A stretch of DNA of 32,000 nt from Pseudodesulfovibrio mercurii. Lineage in GTDB: Bacteria > Desulfobacterota > Desulfovibrionia > Desulfovibrionales > Desulfovibrionaceae. A model generated the notes under the pieces. It was not told the origin of the DNA and did no database searches. It was given only the letters and a program-made list of their open reading frames with translations. Made by a program: the position numbers and the translations under genes. Positions 1-8,616 of this stretch are shown here, in pieces (the first letter of the stretch is position 1; each line of letters begins with the position of its first letter). Location of the stretch: assembly GCF_000189295.2 (NCBI RefSeq), contig NC_016803.1, positions 3,750,001 through 3,782,000 on the forward strand, given 5' to 3'.

Positions 1-1569
1 TTTCTCAGCCCGCTGCTCCGGCACATGGCCAACCCGGCAGCGGTGCCCGGCCTGACCGAGGCCGCCGAAACCCTGGCCCGCGCCCTGGATCGGGGCGGCA
101 CCCTGGCCGTCTGGGGCGACTACGACGTGGACGGCATCACGGCCACGGCGGTCATCAAGGAATTCTTCGCCCTGCGCGGCCGGGAGGTCATGCACCACCT
201 GCCCAACCGCATGGAGGAGGGCTACGGCATGAACGTGCCGGGCGTGGAGGCGCTCCATGCCCGGGGCGCGGACGTGCTCCTGACCGTGGACTGCGGCATC
301 TCGGACCTCGCGCCCGTGGCCCGCGCCCGCGAGCTGGGCATGACCGTTGTGGTCACGGACCACCACCTGCCCGGCGAGACCCTGCCCGAGGCCCACGCCG
401 TGTGCGACCCGCGCCTGGCCGAAGGCGGTCCGTGCGACGACCTGGCCGGGGTGGGCGTGGCCTTCATGCTCGTGGTCGCCCTGAACAACCTGCTGCCCGG
501 CGACAAGGTGGACGTGCGCCCGCTGCTCGACCTGGTGGCCCTCGGGACCATCGCGGACATCGTCAAGCTGACCGGCCAGAACCGCATCCTGGTCAAGAAC
601 GGCCTGCTGGTCATCAAGGAGGCCAGGCGGCCCGGCATGGCCGCGCTCAAAGTGGTCAGCGACTACGCCCGCCAGGCCGAGCTGGGGGCCGGGCAGATCG
701 GCTTCCATCTGGCTCCGCGCATCAACGCGGCCGGGCGCATGGGCGACCCGGAAAAGGCCCTGAACCTGCTGCTGGCCAAGGATTTCGACTCGGCCATGCC
801 CATCGCCGAGGAACTGGACGCCATCAACATGGAGCGCCGCCGCCAGGAGCAGGAGATCGCGGACGAGGCCCTGGCCCAGGCCGAGACCATGCGCCACATG
901 GCCGGTCTGGTCCTGTTCGCCGATCACTGGCATCCGGGCATCATCGGCATCGTGGCCTCGCGCGTGGCCGAAAAATACTACCGGCCCACGCTGCTGCTCT
1001 GCGCACCCGACGGTCCCGAAGGGCCGCTCAAGGGGTCCGGCCGGAGCATCCCGGAGTTCAACCTGCACGACGGTCTGGCCCAGGTGAGCGACGTGCTCGC
1101 CGGATTCGGCGGCCACGCCCAGGCCGCCGGGCTCTCCCTCGACCCCTCGAACCTCGAAGCCCTGCGCGAGCGGTTCAACGCCCATGTGGTCGAGACACTC
1201 GGGGCCAAGCCCCTCACCCCGACCCTCAAGCTCGACCACGAACTGGCCTTCTCCAACATCAACAACACCCTGCTCAGGGAACTGGAACTGCTTCAGCCCT
1301 TCGGCATGGGCAATCCCGAACCGGTCTTCGCCACCAGGCCCGTCCGCGTGGCCGAACACGCCCTGTTCGGCCGCGAAGGCGAACACGTCAAACTCGTCCT
1401 CGAAGACCAGGAGAGCGGCACCAAGCTGCCCGGCAAGGCCTGGCGAATGGCCGGCTCCCTGACCCGCGCCGTCCAGGGCCGGACCATGCGCTTCGCCTTC
1501 ACCCCCAAGATAGATAGATTCCGGGGCGTCCCGAGCATCGACCTGCGGATTCGGGACTGGATATTTTAG
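1..1569 (+). CDS. recJ: Single-stranded-DNA-specific exonuclease RecJ (5' end lies upstream of the window)
   Basis: The ORF 25..1569 protein has DHH-family motifs (GDYDVDGITATAV, VVVTDHHLPGE, LGTIADIV) and a DHHA1-type GGHAQAAG. The frame stays open back to nt 1 (FLSPLLRH...), so the true start is off-window. Confidence 0.9.
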   Translation, partial: FLSPLLRHMANPAAVPGLTEAAETLARALDRGGTLAVWGDYDVDGITATAVIKEFFALRGREVMHHLPNRMEEGYGMNVPGVEALHARGADVLLTVDCGISDLAPVARARELGMTVVVTDHHLPGETLPEAHAVCDPRLAEGGPCDDLAGVGVAFMLVVALNNLLPGDKVDVRPLLDLVALGTIADIVKLTGQNRILVKNGLLVIKEARRPGMAALKVVSDYARQAELGAGQIGFHLAPRINAAGRMGDPEKALNLLLAKDFDSAMPIAEELDAINMERRRQEQEIADEALAQAETMRHMAGLVLFADHWHPGIIGIVASRVAEKYYRPTLLLCAPDGPEGPLKGSGRSIPEFNLHDGLAQVSDVLAGFGGHAQAAGLSLDPSNLEALRERFNAHVVETLGAKPLTPTLKLDHELAFSNINNTLLRELELLQPFGMGNPEPVFATRPVRVAEHALFGREGEHVKLVLEDQESGTKLPGKAWRMAGSLTRAVQGRTMRFAFTPKIDRFRGVPSIDLRIRDWIF

Positions 1570-1639
1570 CAATCGGGAATGGAAGGGGGTTGCACGGCTA
1601 TTGTCGGGTGGCTTGGTCCCCGGAGCGCGCCGTTGGCGT

Positions 1640-1688
1640 GAAAACAACAGGGCCGACGCGGTATTACCGTGTCGGCCCTGTTGTTTTC
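1640..1688. terminator. Long near-perfect hairpin between convergent recJ and lipA (candidate bidirectional terminator)
   Basis: gaaaacaacagggccgacgcggt / accgtgtcggccctgttgttttc forms a ~22-bp stem with one mismatch. The arms begin with A-runs and end with T-runs on both strands. Confidence 0.6.
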
Positions 1689-1705
1689 ATTCGATTCCGT
1701 TTCGT

Positions 1706-2575
1706 CTAGACGAAGTCGGCGGCGTTGTAGCTCGACCGGACCAGCGGGGCGCTGAACATGTGGCGGATGCCGCGCTTCTTGCCCTCCTCGGCGTACATTT
1801 CGAAGACCTCGGGCTCCACGTAGCGCCGGACCATGGGGTGCTGGCGGCTGGGCTGCATGTACTGGCCGATGGTCACGATGTCGCAGTCGATGGCCGCCAG
1901 GTCGTCCAGCACGGTCATGATCTGCTCGTCGGTTTCGCCCAGTCCGACCATGATCCCGGACTTGGTCGGGATGTCCGGGCGCAGGCGCTTGGCGTTCTCG
2001 AGCACGGCCAGGGACTGGCGGTAGTCGGCCTGGGGCCGGATGTGGTCGTACAGGACCGGCACGGTCTCCAGGTTGTGGTTGAGCACGTTGGGCCCCGCGT
2101 CGAGCACGGTCTTGAGCGCGGGTTCACTGCCCTGGAAGTCCGGGATGAGGACCTCCACGGTGCAGTCGGGCAGGACCTCGCGCACGGCCCGGATGCAGGC
2201 CGCGAAGTGGGCGGACCCGCCGTCCTCGAGGTCGTCGCGGGTGACCGAGGTGATGACCACGTGGCGGAGCTTCAGCCGCCGGGCGGCCTCGGCCACGCGG
2301 GCGGGCTCGGTGGGGTCGAGCGGCTCCATGTCCCCGGAGGCGATGTTGCAGAAGGCGCAGTTGCGCGTGCAGATGGCCCCCATGACCAGGAAGGTGGCCA
2401 CGTTCTTGGAGAAGCACTCCCATTTGTTGGGGCACTTGGCGCTTTGGCAGACCGTGTTCAGGTGCAGGTCGCCGATCAGCTCCGCGGTGTTGGCGAAGTT
2501 TTCGTTACTCGGCAGCTTGATCCGCAGCCACGGCGGAATCCGCAAAGGCTTTTGCAAAGGCTCGTGTAAAGACAT
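1706..2575 (-). CDS. lipA: Lipoyl synthase (radical SAM)
   Basis: 289-aa ORF with the radical-SAM motif CTRNCAFCNI and the N-terminal auxiliary-cluster motif CQSAKCPNKWEC. It also has the PPWLRIKLP N-terminus typical of LipA. Confidence 0.92.
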   Translation of the reverse strand: MSLHEPLQKPLRIPPWLRIKLPSNENFANTAELIGDLHLNTVCQSAKCPNKWECFSKNVATFLVMGAICTRNCAFCNIASGDMEPLDPTEPARVAEAARRLKLRHVVITSVTRDDLEDGGSAHFAACIRAVREVLPDCTVEVLIPDFQGSEPALKTVLDAGPNVLNHNLETVPVLYDHIRPQADYRQSLAVLENAKRLRPDIPTKSGIMVGLGETDEQIMTVLDDLAAIDCDIVTIGQYMQPSRQHPMVRRYVEPEVFEMYAEEGKKRGIRHMFSAPLVRSSYNAADFV

Positions 2576-3164
2576 GCTTGACGTCCTCCATGGGGATGTC
2601 CCGCCCGGCTTCGGCGGAGATGGAAGTGGGCACCGCGCCCTGGATGCCGCACAGGGTGATGGCGTTGAAAAGACTGGTATCGCTGGCCACGTTCAGGGCC
2701 AGGCCGTGGTAGGTCACCCAGTGGCGCACACCGATGCCCATGGAACATATTTTGCGCGTTTCGTCCACCCAGACGCCCGGATGCTTGGGCCGCCTGATGG
2801 TCGCGACCCCGAAGTGGGCGCAGGTGTCCATGACCGCCTGCTCCATGTCGTCGAAGAACTTGCGCATGCCGCCGGGTCGCTTCTCCACCCGCCAGATGGG
2901 GTAGGCCACCAGCTGGCCGGGGAAGTGGCAGGTGATGTTCCCGCCGCGCGTGGTCTGGACCAGCTCGATGCCGTGGGCCTCAAGCTGTTCGGGGTTCAGG
3001 TGCAGGTTCTCGGCCCCGCCCTGGCGGCCCAGGGTGATGACCTTGGGGTGTTCCAGCAGGAACAGGGTGTTGTCCCGGTCGCCGTTCAGCACACCGTCCA
3101 GCGTCTCCAGTTGCAGGGCCTCGGCGTCCTTGTAGCCGATGAGCCCCAGGTCGATGATCTTCAT
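2505..3164 (-). CDS. lipB: Octanoyltransferase (lipoyl(octanoyl) transferase)
   Basis: Internal ATG at 3164..3162 of ORF 2505..3539 gives MKIIDLGLIGYKDAEALQ..., with LEHPKVITLGR, TTRGGNITCHFPGQLV and RKICSMGI (LipB Cys/Lys region). The upstream part of the ORF is Arg/Pro/Gly junk. Confidence 0.88.
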   Translation of the reverse strand: MKIIDLGLIGYKDAEALQLETLDGVLNGDRDNTLFLLEHPKVITLGRQGGAENLHLNPEQLEAHGIELVQTTRGGNITCHFPGQLVAYPIWRVEKRPGGMRKFFDDMEQAVMDTCAHFGVATIRRPKHPGVWVDETRKICSMGIGVRHWVTYHGLALNVASDTSLFNAITLCGIQGAVPTSISAEAGRDIPMEDVKHVFTRAFAKAFADSAVAADQAAE

Positions 3165-4285
3165 TACTTTCCTTGGACCTTGTACGGAAGGATGAGCGCC
3201 TTGGACTTGAGGTCCGTCTTCGGGTTGGACGGCCAGTCGGGCGCGATTTGCTGGCCCGGAAACAGGGGCCGGATGCCCGGCGCGTATTCGAGCAGGGTCA
3301 GCCCCCGGTCGGAGCAGGCGTACTGGCCTTTGCCGCCGTGGAGCTTGAACGGTTCGGACACGGCCCGGACCAGCCCCCGATGGGCTGCGCCGCCGGGCGA
3401 AAGATAGAGGAAGTTGAGGGATACGTTGTCCTTGGCCAGGTCGGCCTCGGCGGACACGGCCTCCAGCCAGGCGGGCGCGCCCTTGGTGGAGAAGTTGAAG
3501 TGGCACCAGGGTCCCTGGCCCATGGCGGGCATGGGACACTCGACCGTGTGCGGGCAGGGCGCGATGGGCTTGTACCCCTTTTCCAGGAACTGGGCGCGCA
3601 TCTCGCTGATGATCCGCCCGGCCAGGCGCACGCCGGTCTCGACCAGCAGGATGCGGCCGGTGTCCTTGGTGGCCCCGACCATGTGCGCGGCCAGCTTCTC
3701 GGCCTGGGGCCGGGTGGACCGGCCGGACCAGTCCAGCTCGTTAAAGGCGTTGGCGGCCATGAGCAGGTCCGCCTTGTCGCGGATGTGCTCCGTGAACCCG
3801 CCCTTGACGGTCTTGATGCGCCAGGGCGAGTCCTTCCCGGCCAGGGCCTGGAAGAGCTGCACGCCCGTGTGCATGGTCTTGGGCGCGATGTCCAGGCAGG
3901 TGAAGGAGAGTCTGCGCGCGCGCAGGTGCGGCCGGGCCATCCACAGGGCCAGGACCGTGGTCAGCGGGCCGGTGCCCAGGTCCGCCACCTGGCCGTCCTC
4001 GGGGATGTCCAGCTCCAGGCCGGTGAACAGCCGGGACAGGCGGAACAGGTTCCAGGGCAGGAAATAATAGAGGTACGGCGACAGGAACTTGGCGTCGGTC
4101 ATGTACTCCTTGCGCCGGGTGGACCGCTCGTTGGTCAGGCTGCGCGACATGTCGCGGATGTCGTACTTGAGCTGCTCGCGGTGCTTGCCCTTGAGCGGCC
4201 AGACCGCCTTGAGCAGGGTCTCGAACCGGTCGAGCTGCGCGCAGTTGTCCTCGGTCAGCAGGGGAAAAAGGCCGTCAATCGACAT
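3164..4285 (-). CDS. Rsm22-like (COG5459-type) class I SAM-dependent methyltransferase with C-terminal Cys/His cluster
   Basis: 373-aa ORF with SAM motif I VADLGTGPLT, a NAFNEL post-motif, and the C-terminal cluster CPHTVECPMPAMGQGPWCHF. Its stop TAA overlaps the lipB ATG (TAATG). Family assignment is from memory of the Rsm22 pattern, not from a search. Confidence 0.6.
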   Translation of the reverse strand: MSIDGLFPLLTEDNCAQLDRFETLLKAVWPLKGKHREQLKYDIRDMSRSLTNERSTRRKEYMTDAKFLSPYLYYFLPWNLFRLSRLFTGLELDIPEDGQVADLGTGPLTTVLALWMARPHLRARRLSFTCLDIAPKTMHTGVQLFQALAGKDSPWRIKTVKGGFTEHIRDKADLLMAANAFNELDWSGRSTRPQAEKLAAHMVGATKDTGRILLVETGVRLAGRIISEMRAQFLEKGYKPIAPCPHTVECPMPAMGQGPWCHFNFSTKGAPAWLEAVSAEADLAKDNVSLNFLYLSPGGAAHRGLVRAVSEPFKLHGGKGQYACSDRGLTLLEYAPGIRPLFPGQQIAPDWPSNPKTDLKSKALILPYKVQGK

Positions 4286-5831
4286 AGGAAAAACGCATCC
4301 TCTTGATGAATTGGTCGCCGAAATCGGCGTCGCCGGTCAGGTCCACGAGGGTCAGTCCCTCGGGCAGCGACTCGGCGAAGGTCCGCGCCTGCGGGTCGCT
4401 CAGGAGCAGCTCCGTGCCCCGGAGGGAGGTGTTGCCCGCCTTGACGGTCCGGGCCGCGCAGCCGGGGGGCAGGAAGCCCAGGGTCTCCAGGTCGGCGGGC
4501 GAGACATGTTCGCCGAGCGCGCCCGCCAGGTGGATCTCCCGGAGCGCGCCGGGACCGATCCCGGCGGCCTTGAGCAGGGCGGACACGGCCAGGTTGAAGG
4601 CCGCCTTGACCTTCAATATCTCCTCCACGTCCGATGCCGGGAAGCGGACCGCCTCGTTGACCGTGAAGGCGGGCTCGCCGTCCACGGCGGTCACCTGCCC
4701 GGCCAGGCGGGCGGCCAGGGGGGTGGTCCCCTGGGCGAAGCGGCCGGACTCGTCCAGCACGCCGTGGGCGCGCAGGATGGCGGCCAGGGACAGGTAGCCC
4801 GTGCCGGTCATGCCGCCGCGGGCGGCGTCGGCCGCGCCCGCGTCCTCAAAATAGCGGACCTCCAGCCCCTTGGGGGTCAACCGAAAGCCGGTGATGGCGC
4901 CGGGTCCGGCGGTGCGGCCGAAGGACAGGCCCACGCCCTCCAGGGCCGGGCCCATGGGCACGCTGGCGCACAGCCGTTTCTCGGGGGACAGGGCCAGGAT
5001 GAATTCGCCGTTGGTGCCCAGGTCGGCCAGCAGGAAGGGGTATTGCGGGGTGCCGCCGTATTCGATGGCGGTCAGCCCGGCGGACAGATCGGCCCCGACG
5101 AACGGCGCGAGCAGGGGCGGGATGTACGCGGGGGGCAGTCCCGCGCCCAGCCGCTTCTCGTCGCCGCCGAAATAGGACAGCCGGTAGGGCGCGGCGGCCA
5201 GGTCGTCGGGCTTTTTGCCGAGCAGGATGTACGTCATGGCCGGGTTGCCGGACACGGCCAGGGCCACGCACCGGCCGCCCAGGTTGCGCTCGGCAAGCCC
5301 TGCCAGCTCAGTGATGCGGTCGGTGATCAGGGCGCGGAGCACGAACCGGCCTTCCGCGTCGGCCGCGGCCGCCAGCCGGGACATGACCTCGGAGCCCATG
5401 CCCATCTGCGGGTTGAGCTCCCGGCCCGTGGCCACGGGCTCGCCGTCCACCAAAGCGGTCCAGTGGATGGAGGTGGTCCCCAGGTCCACGGCCAGGGCGA
5501 AATCGCCGCCCGCCTGCTTGAGGGCGCGCACGGCGCGCGGGCTGCGCACCGGCTCGGGCAGCTCGATCTCGCACGGCTCGGACGGGTGCAGGCAGGAGAG
5601 CCGCCACCCCTGGTCGAGCTTGTCGCGGCCGAGCTTTTTCAGCTCTTCGCGGGCCGGTTCGGGCGCGTCCTTGAGGTAGCGCACGCGGCACAGGCCGCAC
5701 TTGCCCAGTCCCGAGCACAGGGGCACGCCGTGCCACAGCCGGGAGAGAAAGATGGTCCGGGCCAGGGTGTCGCCCGGTCTCGGCTCCAGGGCGAAGCGCC
5801 CGCCGTCGAAGGTGTGTATCAGTATGCTCAC
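4275..5831 (-). CDS. RACo-like ASKHA-fold ATPase with N-terminal [2Fe-2S] ferredoxin domain (DUF4445 / corrinoid reductive-activase family)
   Basis: Ferredoxin-type motif CSGLGKCGLCRV...LSC. ASKHA phosphate motifs AVDLGTTSIH and LADLGTNGE. Start proposed at GTG 5831..5829, 5 nt after GGAGA. The ORF-track extension to 6038 is Pro/Arg-rich and runs into the divergent promoter region. The ORF overlaps the downstream methyltransferase start by 11 nt. Confidence 0.75.
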   Translation of the reverse strand: MSILIHTFDGGRFALEPRPGDTLARTIFLSRLWHGVPLCSGLGKCGLCRVRYLKDAPEPAREELKKLGRDKLDQGWRLSCLHPSEPCEIELPEPVRSPRAVRALKQAGGDFALAVDLGTTSIHWTALVDGEPVATGRELNPQMGMGSEVMSRLAAAADAEGRFVLRALITDRITELAGLAERNLGGRCVALAVSGNPAMTYILLGKKPDDLAAAPYRLSYFGGDEKRLGAGLPPAYIPPLLAPFVGADLSAGLTAIEYGGTPQYPFLLADLGTNGEFILALSPEKRLCASVPMGPALEGVGLSFGRTAGPGAITGFRLTPKGLEVRYFEDAGAADAARGGMTGTGYLSLAAILRAHGVLDESGRFAQGTTPLAARLAGQVTAVDGEPAFTVNEAVRFPASDVEEILKVKAAFNLAVSALLKAAGIGPGALREIHLAGALGEHVSPADLETLGFLPPGCAARTVKAGNTSLRGTELLLSDPQARTFAESLPEGLTLVDLTGDADFGDQFIKRMRFSYVD

Positions 5832-5955
5832 GTGGTCTCCAGGGGGCAGACTAGCCCAAGGGCGGGGCCGTGTAAACGGCGGGATGGGCTTGGCGGCCGG
5901 GGGAGAAGTTGGTAGGGGTCTTGGTCGGCGGCGCATCAACCCCAAGGGAGGCGAC

Positions 5956-6852
5956 ATGTCCCGGGCAAGGGCCAATGGCATCGACATCGAGTACGACACG
6001 TTCGGCGACGGCAAGGACCCCGCATTGCTGTTGATCATGGGCGGGGGAAGCCAGATGATCTACTGGGAGGCCGGGTTCTGCGAAATGCTGGCGGGGCGGG
6101 GCTACCACGTGATCCGTTTCGACAACCGGGACATCGGCCTGTCCACCACGTTCGACGAGGCGGGCGTGCCCGACATGGCGGCGGTCATGGCCGGTGAGCC
6201 CGTGACGCCCGCCTACACACTTGAGGATATGGCGGACGACGCCGCGGGCCTGCTCGACGCCCTCGGCATCGACAGGGCGCACGTCTGCGGGGCCTCGGTC
6301 GGGGGCATGATCGCCCAGGCCGTCGCGTACCGGCATCCGGCGCGCGTCCTGAGCCTGACGTGCATCATGTCGAGCACCGGGAACCCCGATCTGCCGAAGA
6401 TCGCGGACGACGTCCTGGCCGAGGTGTACAAGCCCGTCCCGGCCGAGCGCGGGGCATTCGTCGCGCACCAGGTGGCCATGTGGCGGAAGCTGTGGAGCCC
6501 CGGATTTCCCTTCGAGGAGGAACGGCTGCGCCGTCTCCTGGGCGAAGGCTTCGACCGGTCCTACCATCCGCAGGGCATGGCCCGCCAGGGGCTGGCCGTC
6601 GTGGCCCACGGCTACCGGCCCTCCGCCATCGCCTCGATCGAGGCCCCCACGCTCGTGATCCACGGCGACAGGGACCCCTTCATGTCCCTGGAGGGCGGCA
6701 GGGAGACGGCCCGGCTCATACCGGGCGCGCGGCTGCTGGTCATCGAGGGCATGGGCCACGACCTGCCGACGCCGGTCTGGCCGCGCATCGTGGAGGCCAT
6801 GGCCGAACACATGGGGGCGGCGGACCGGCAACAGTCGCCCGCTCAAGAGTAA
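5956..6852 (+). CDS. Alpha/beta-fold hydrolase
   Basis: ATG at 5956 is preceded by AGGGAGG. The protein starts MSRARANGIDIEYDTFGDGKDPALLLIMGGG, has the nucleophile elbow CGASVGG and a C-terminal GMGHDLP (His). The ORF-track upstream extension from 5701 was rejected. Confidence 0.8.
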   Translation: MSRARANGIDIEYDTFGDGKDPALLLIMGGGSQMIYWEAGFCEMLAGRGYHVIRFDNRDIGLSTTFDEAGVPDMAAVMAGEPVTPAYTLEDMADDAAGLLDALGIDRAHVCGASVGGMIAQAVAYRHPARVLSLTCIMSSTGNPDLPKIADDVLAEVYKPVPAERGAFVAHQVAMWRKLWSPGFPFEEERLRRLLGEGFDRSYHPQGMARQGLAVVAHGYRPSAIASIEAPTLVIHGDRDPFMSLEGGRETARLIPGARLLVIEGMGHDLPTPVWPRIVEAMAEHMGAADRQQSPAQE

Positions 6853-7056
6853 GGGAGATGGGGCGGAAGCGCCCCCGGCAGCGGTCCATGCGGCCCGCCT
6901 GATCCAAAGGCGTTCCCCCATACCGAGTCCGTACCAACCCGGAGAAGCGGCACACCATGCCGCACCTCGCCGCTCCCCGCGAAGCGGCACAAAAAGTTTC
7001 GGAAGGGAAAGGGGATGGGGGGCCGGGGGCAACCGCCCCTAGCAGCGGTCCATGCG
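6853..7056. repeat. Direct duplication of the cbiK 3' end/flank bracketing a partial REP-like element
   Basis: gcagcggtccatgcg occurs at 6878..6892 and again at 7042..7056 (the latter encodes the cbiK C-terminus KRMDRC). The flanking gggGAtgggg...gcccc stretches are also similar. Between them, ccgcgaagcggcacaaaaagtttcggaaggg (6977..7007) matches the tail of the repeat family at 19651..19690 and 28671..28710. Confidence 0.6.
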
Positions 7057-7833
7057 CTTGAGGGCGTCGTGGAGGTGGCTCAGCCAGATGTCCACCAGGC
7101 AGTCGTATTCGCCCGCGCCCCGGAGCACCGCCTCGCATTCGATGCCCGCCCGTTCCAGGCGGGTCTTCCAGCTGGTCTCGGAGTCGCCGACCATGTCCCG
7201 GGCCGCGTGCCAGCCCGCGCCGAACAGGAAGGGCAGGAGGTGGGCCTTTCTCACGCCGTCGGCCTGGAACCGCTCGATGACCGCGTCGATGCCGGGTTCG
7301 GCCTCCATGGCGCCCATGTGCACGGACGGGTCGCGCTCCTGGAAGGCGCGGTGCAGGGCCTCGTAGTAGACGTTGCCGTCGTGCTTGGTGCCGTGGCCCA
7401 TGAACAGCACGGCGTCGTTCTCGCCCTTGCCCTGTTCGGCGATGGTCAGGACCGCCTCGGCCACCGCCTCGACGCCCGCCTCGCCCGCCACCAGGGGAAA
7501 GCCGACCTCCACCCGGCGGAAGCCGTCCGCGCTGAGCATGCGCTCGTTGGCCAGGCCCAGCAGCTCGTGGAACTCGGTGCCGGGGATGAGGTGCAGGGAC
7601 TGGATGGCCACGTGGGTCACGCCCTCGTCCCGGAGCCTGTCCAGGGCGGCGGGCACGGAGTCCACCGCCTCGCCCGCCTTCTTCATGTGTCCCCGGATGG
7701 TCTTGGAGGTGTAGGCCACGCGCACGGGCAGGTCGGGATAGGCCGTCCGGACGCGCTCGACGATGTGGCTCAGCGAGGCCATGGCGTTCTTGTGCCGCGA
7801 GCCGAAGGCGGCCAGGACGATGGCGGTGCTCAT
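7039..7833 (-). CDS. cbiK: Sirohydrochlorin cobaltochelatase, cytoplasmic-type (no signal peptide)
   Basis: 264-aa ORF starting directly with MSTAIVLAAFGSRH. It has LFMGHGTKH and a clear paralogous relationship to ORF 11339..12313 (AIVLAAFG..., AIQSLH/AVQSLH, GxEF). Its ATG overlaps the cbiL stop (ATGA). Confidence 0.85.
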   Translation of the reverse strand: MSTAIVLAAFGSRHKNAMASLSHIVERVRTAYPDLPVRVAYTSKTIRGHMKKAGEAVDSVPAALDRLRDEGVTHVAIQSLHLIPGTEFHELLGLANERMLSADGFRRVEVGFPLVAGEAGVEAVAEAVLTIAEQGKGENDAVLFMGHGTKHDGNVYYEALHRAFQERDPSVHMGAMEAEPGIDAVIERFQADGVRKAHLLPFLFGAGWHAARDMVGDSETSWKTRLERAGIECEAVLRGAGEYDCLVDIWLSHLHDALKRMDRC

Positions 7834-8543
7834 GCCTTGTTCCTCTTGACCAGGGCCAGGGAGAAGTAGTGCGGCTGCCTGGGGGCGTCCTTGATGTCCA
7901 TGAGGATGGATTCGTCGTCCATGCCCAGACGGGAGACCAGGACCGTGGTGTCGGCCAGGCGGAGCTTGGTCAGCAGGGCGCGTATCTCATCGAAATTCTT
8001 GTACGCCTTGAGGATGACGGCGTTGTCGGCGCTGTTCAGCTGCTCTTCCAGGCGGGCGGAGTCGGCCACGCCCGAGGTGATCAGCAGGGACTCCTTGGAC
8101 TCGCACAGGACCAGGCCGATGCGCGCGGCGGCCGCGTGGAAGGAGGTGATGCCGGGGATGGCGCGCAGGCGCAGGTCCGGGTTCATGGCCAGCAGGGTGC
8201 GTTGCAGGTAGCCGTAGGTGGAGTAGGTCAGGGGGTCGCCCAGGGTCAGGAAGGCGGCGTCCTCGCCCCGGTCCAGGACCTCGGCCACGAGCCGGGCGTT
8301 CTCGGCCCAGGCGGCCTCCAGGGCGTCGTTGTCCTTGGTCATGGGGAAGCCCAGGCGGACGATGCGCACGTCGTCCTTGAGGTGCGGCTTGGCGATGGCG
8401 TAGGCCGTGGAATAGTCGTTCTTGGTGGAGGCGGCGGCAAAGATGACGTCCACCTGGCCGAGGACGCGCACGGCCTTGAGGGTGAGCAGTTCCGGGTCGC
8501 CGGGGCCGACCCCGATGCCGTAGAGGGTGCCTTTCTTGGTCAC
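7830..8543 (-). CDS. cbiL: Precorrin-2 / cobalt-factor II C20-methyltransferase
   Basis: 237-aa ORF with the tetrapyrrole-methylase signature LYGIGVGPGDPELLTLKA, plus FLTLGDP and IPGITSF. Confidence 0.85.
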   Translation of the reverse strand: MTKKGTLYGIGVGPGDPELLTLKAVRVLGQVDVIFAAASTKNDYSTAYAIAKPHLKDDVRIVRLGFPMTKDNDALEAAWAENARLVAEVLDRGEDAAFLTLGDPLTYSTYGYLQRTLLAMNPDLRLRAIPGITSFHAAAARIGLVLCESKESLLITSGVADSARLEEQLNSADNAVILKAYKNFDEIRALLTKLRLADTTVLVSRLGMDDESILMDIKDAPRQPHYFSLALVKRNKA

Positions 8544-8616
8544 GATGGATATCCGTCCTGTTTGTGCCGGTAGCCGACTGTGTCTGTTTTGCGCGGGCGC
8601 GTCAACTCGGGATGGT

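Noticed and set aside
4089-5915. 608-aa plus-strand ORF opposite the RACo-like gene; similar long shadow ORFs at 19608..21848, 12930..14360, 10739..12448, 7015..7869, 8527..9531 and 30070..31242
   Set aside because: All are antisense to well-supported genes. They have repetitive G/A/R/P/H/D/V composition, lack RBS and start context, and carry no conserved motifs.
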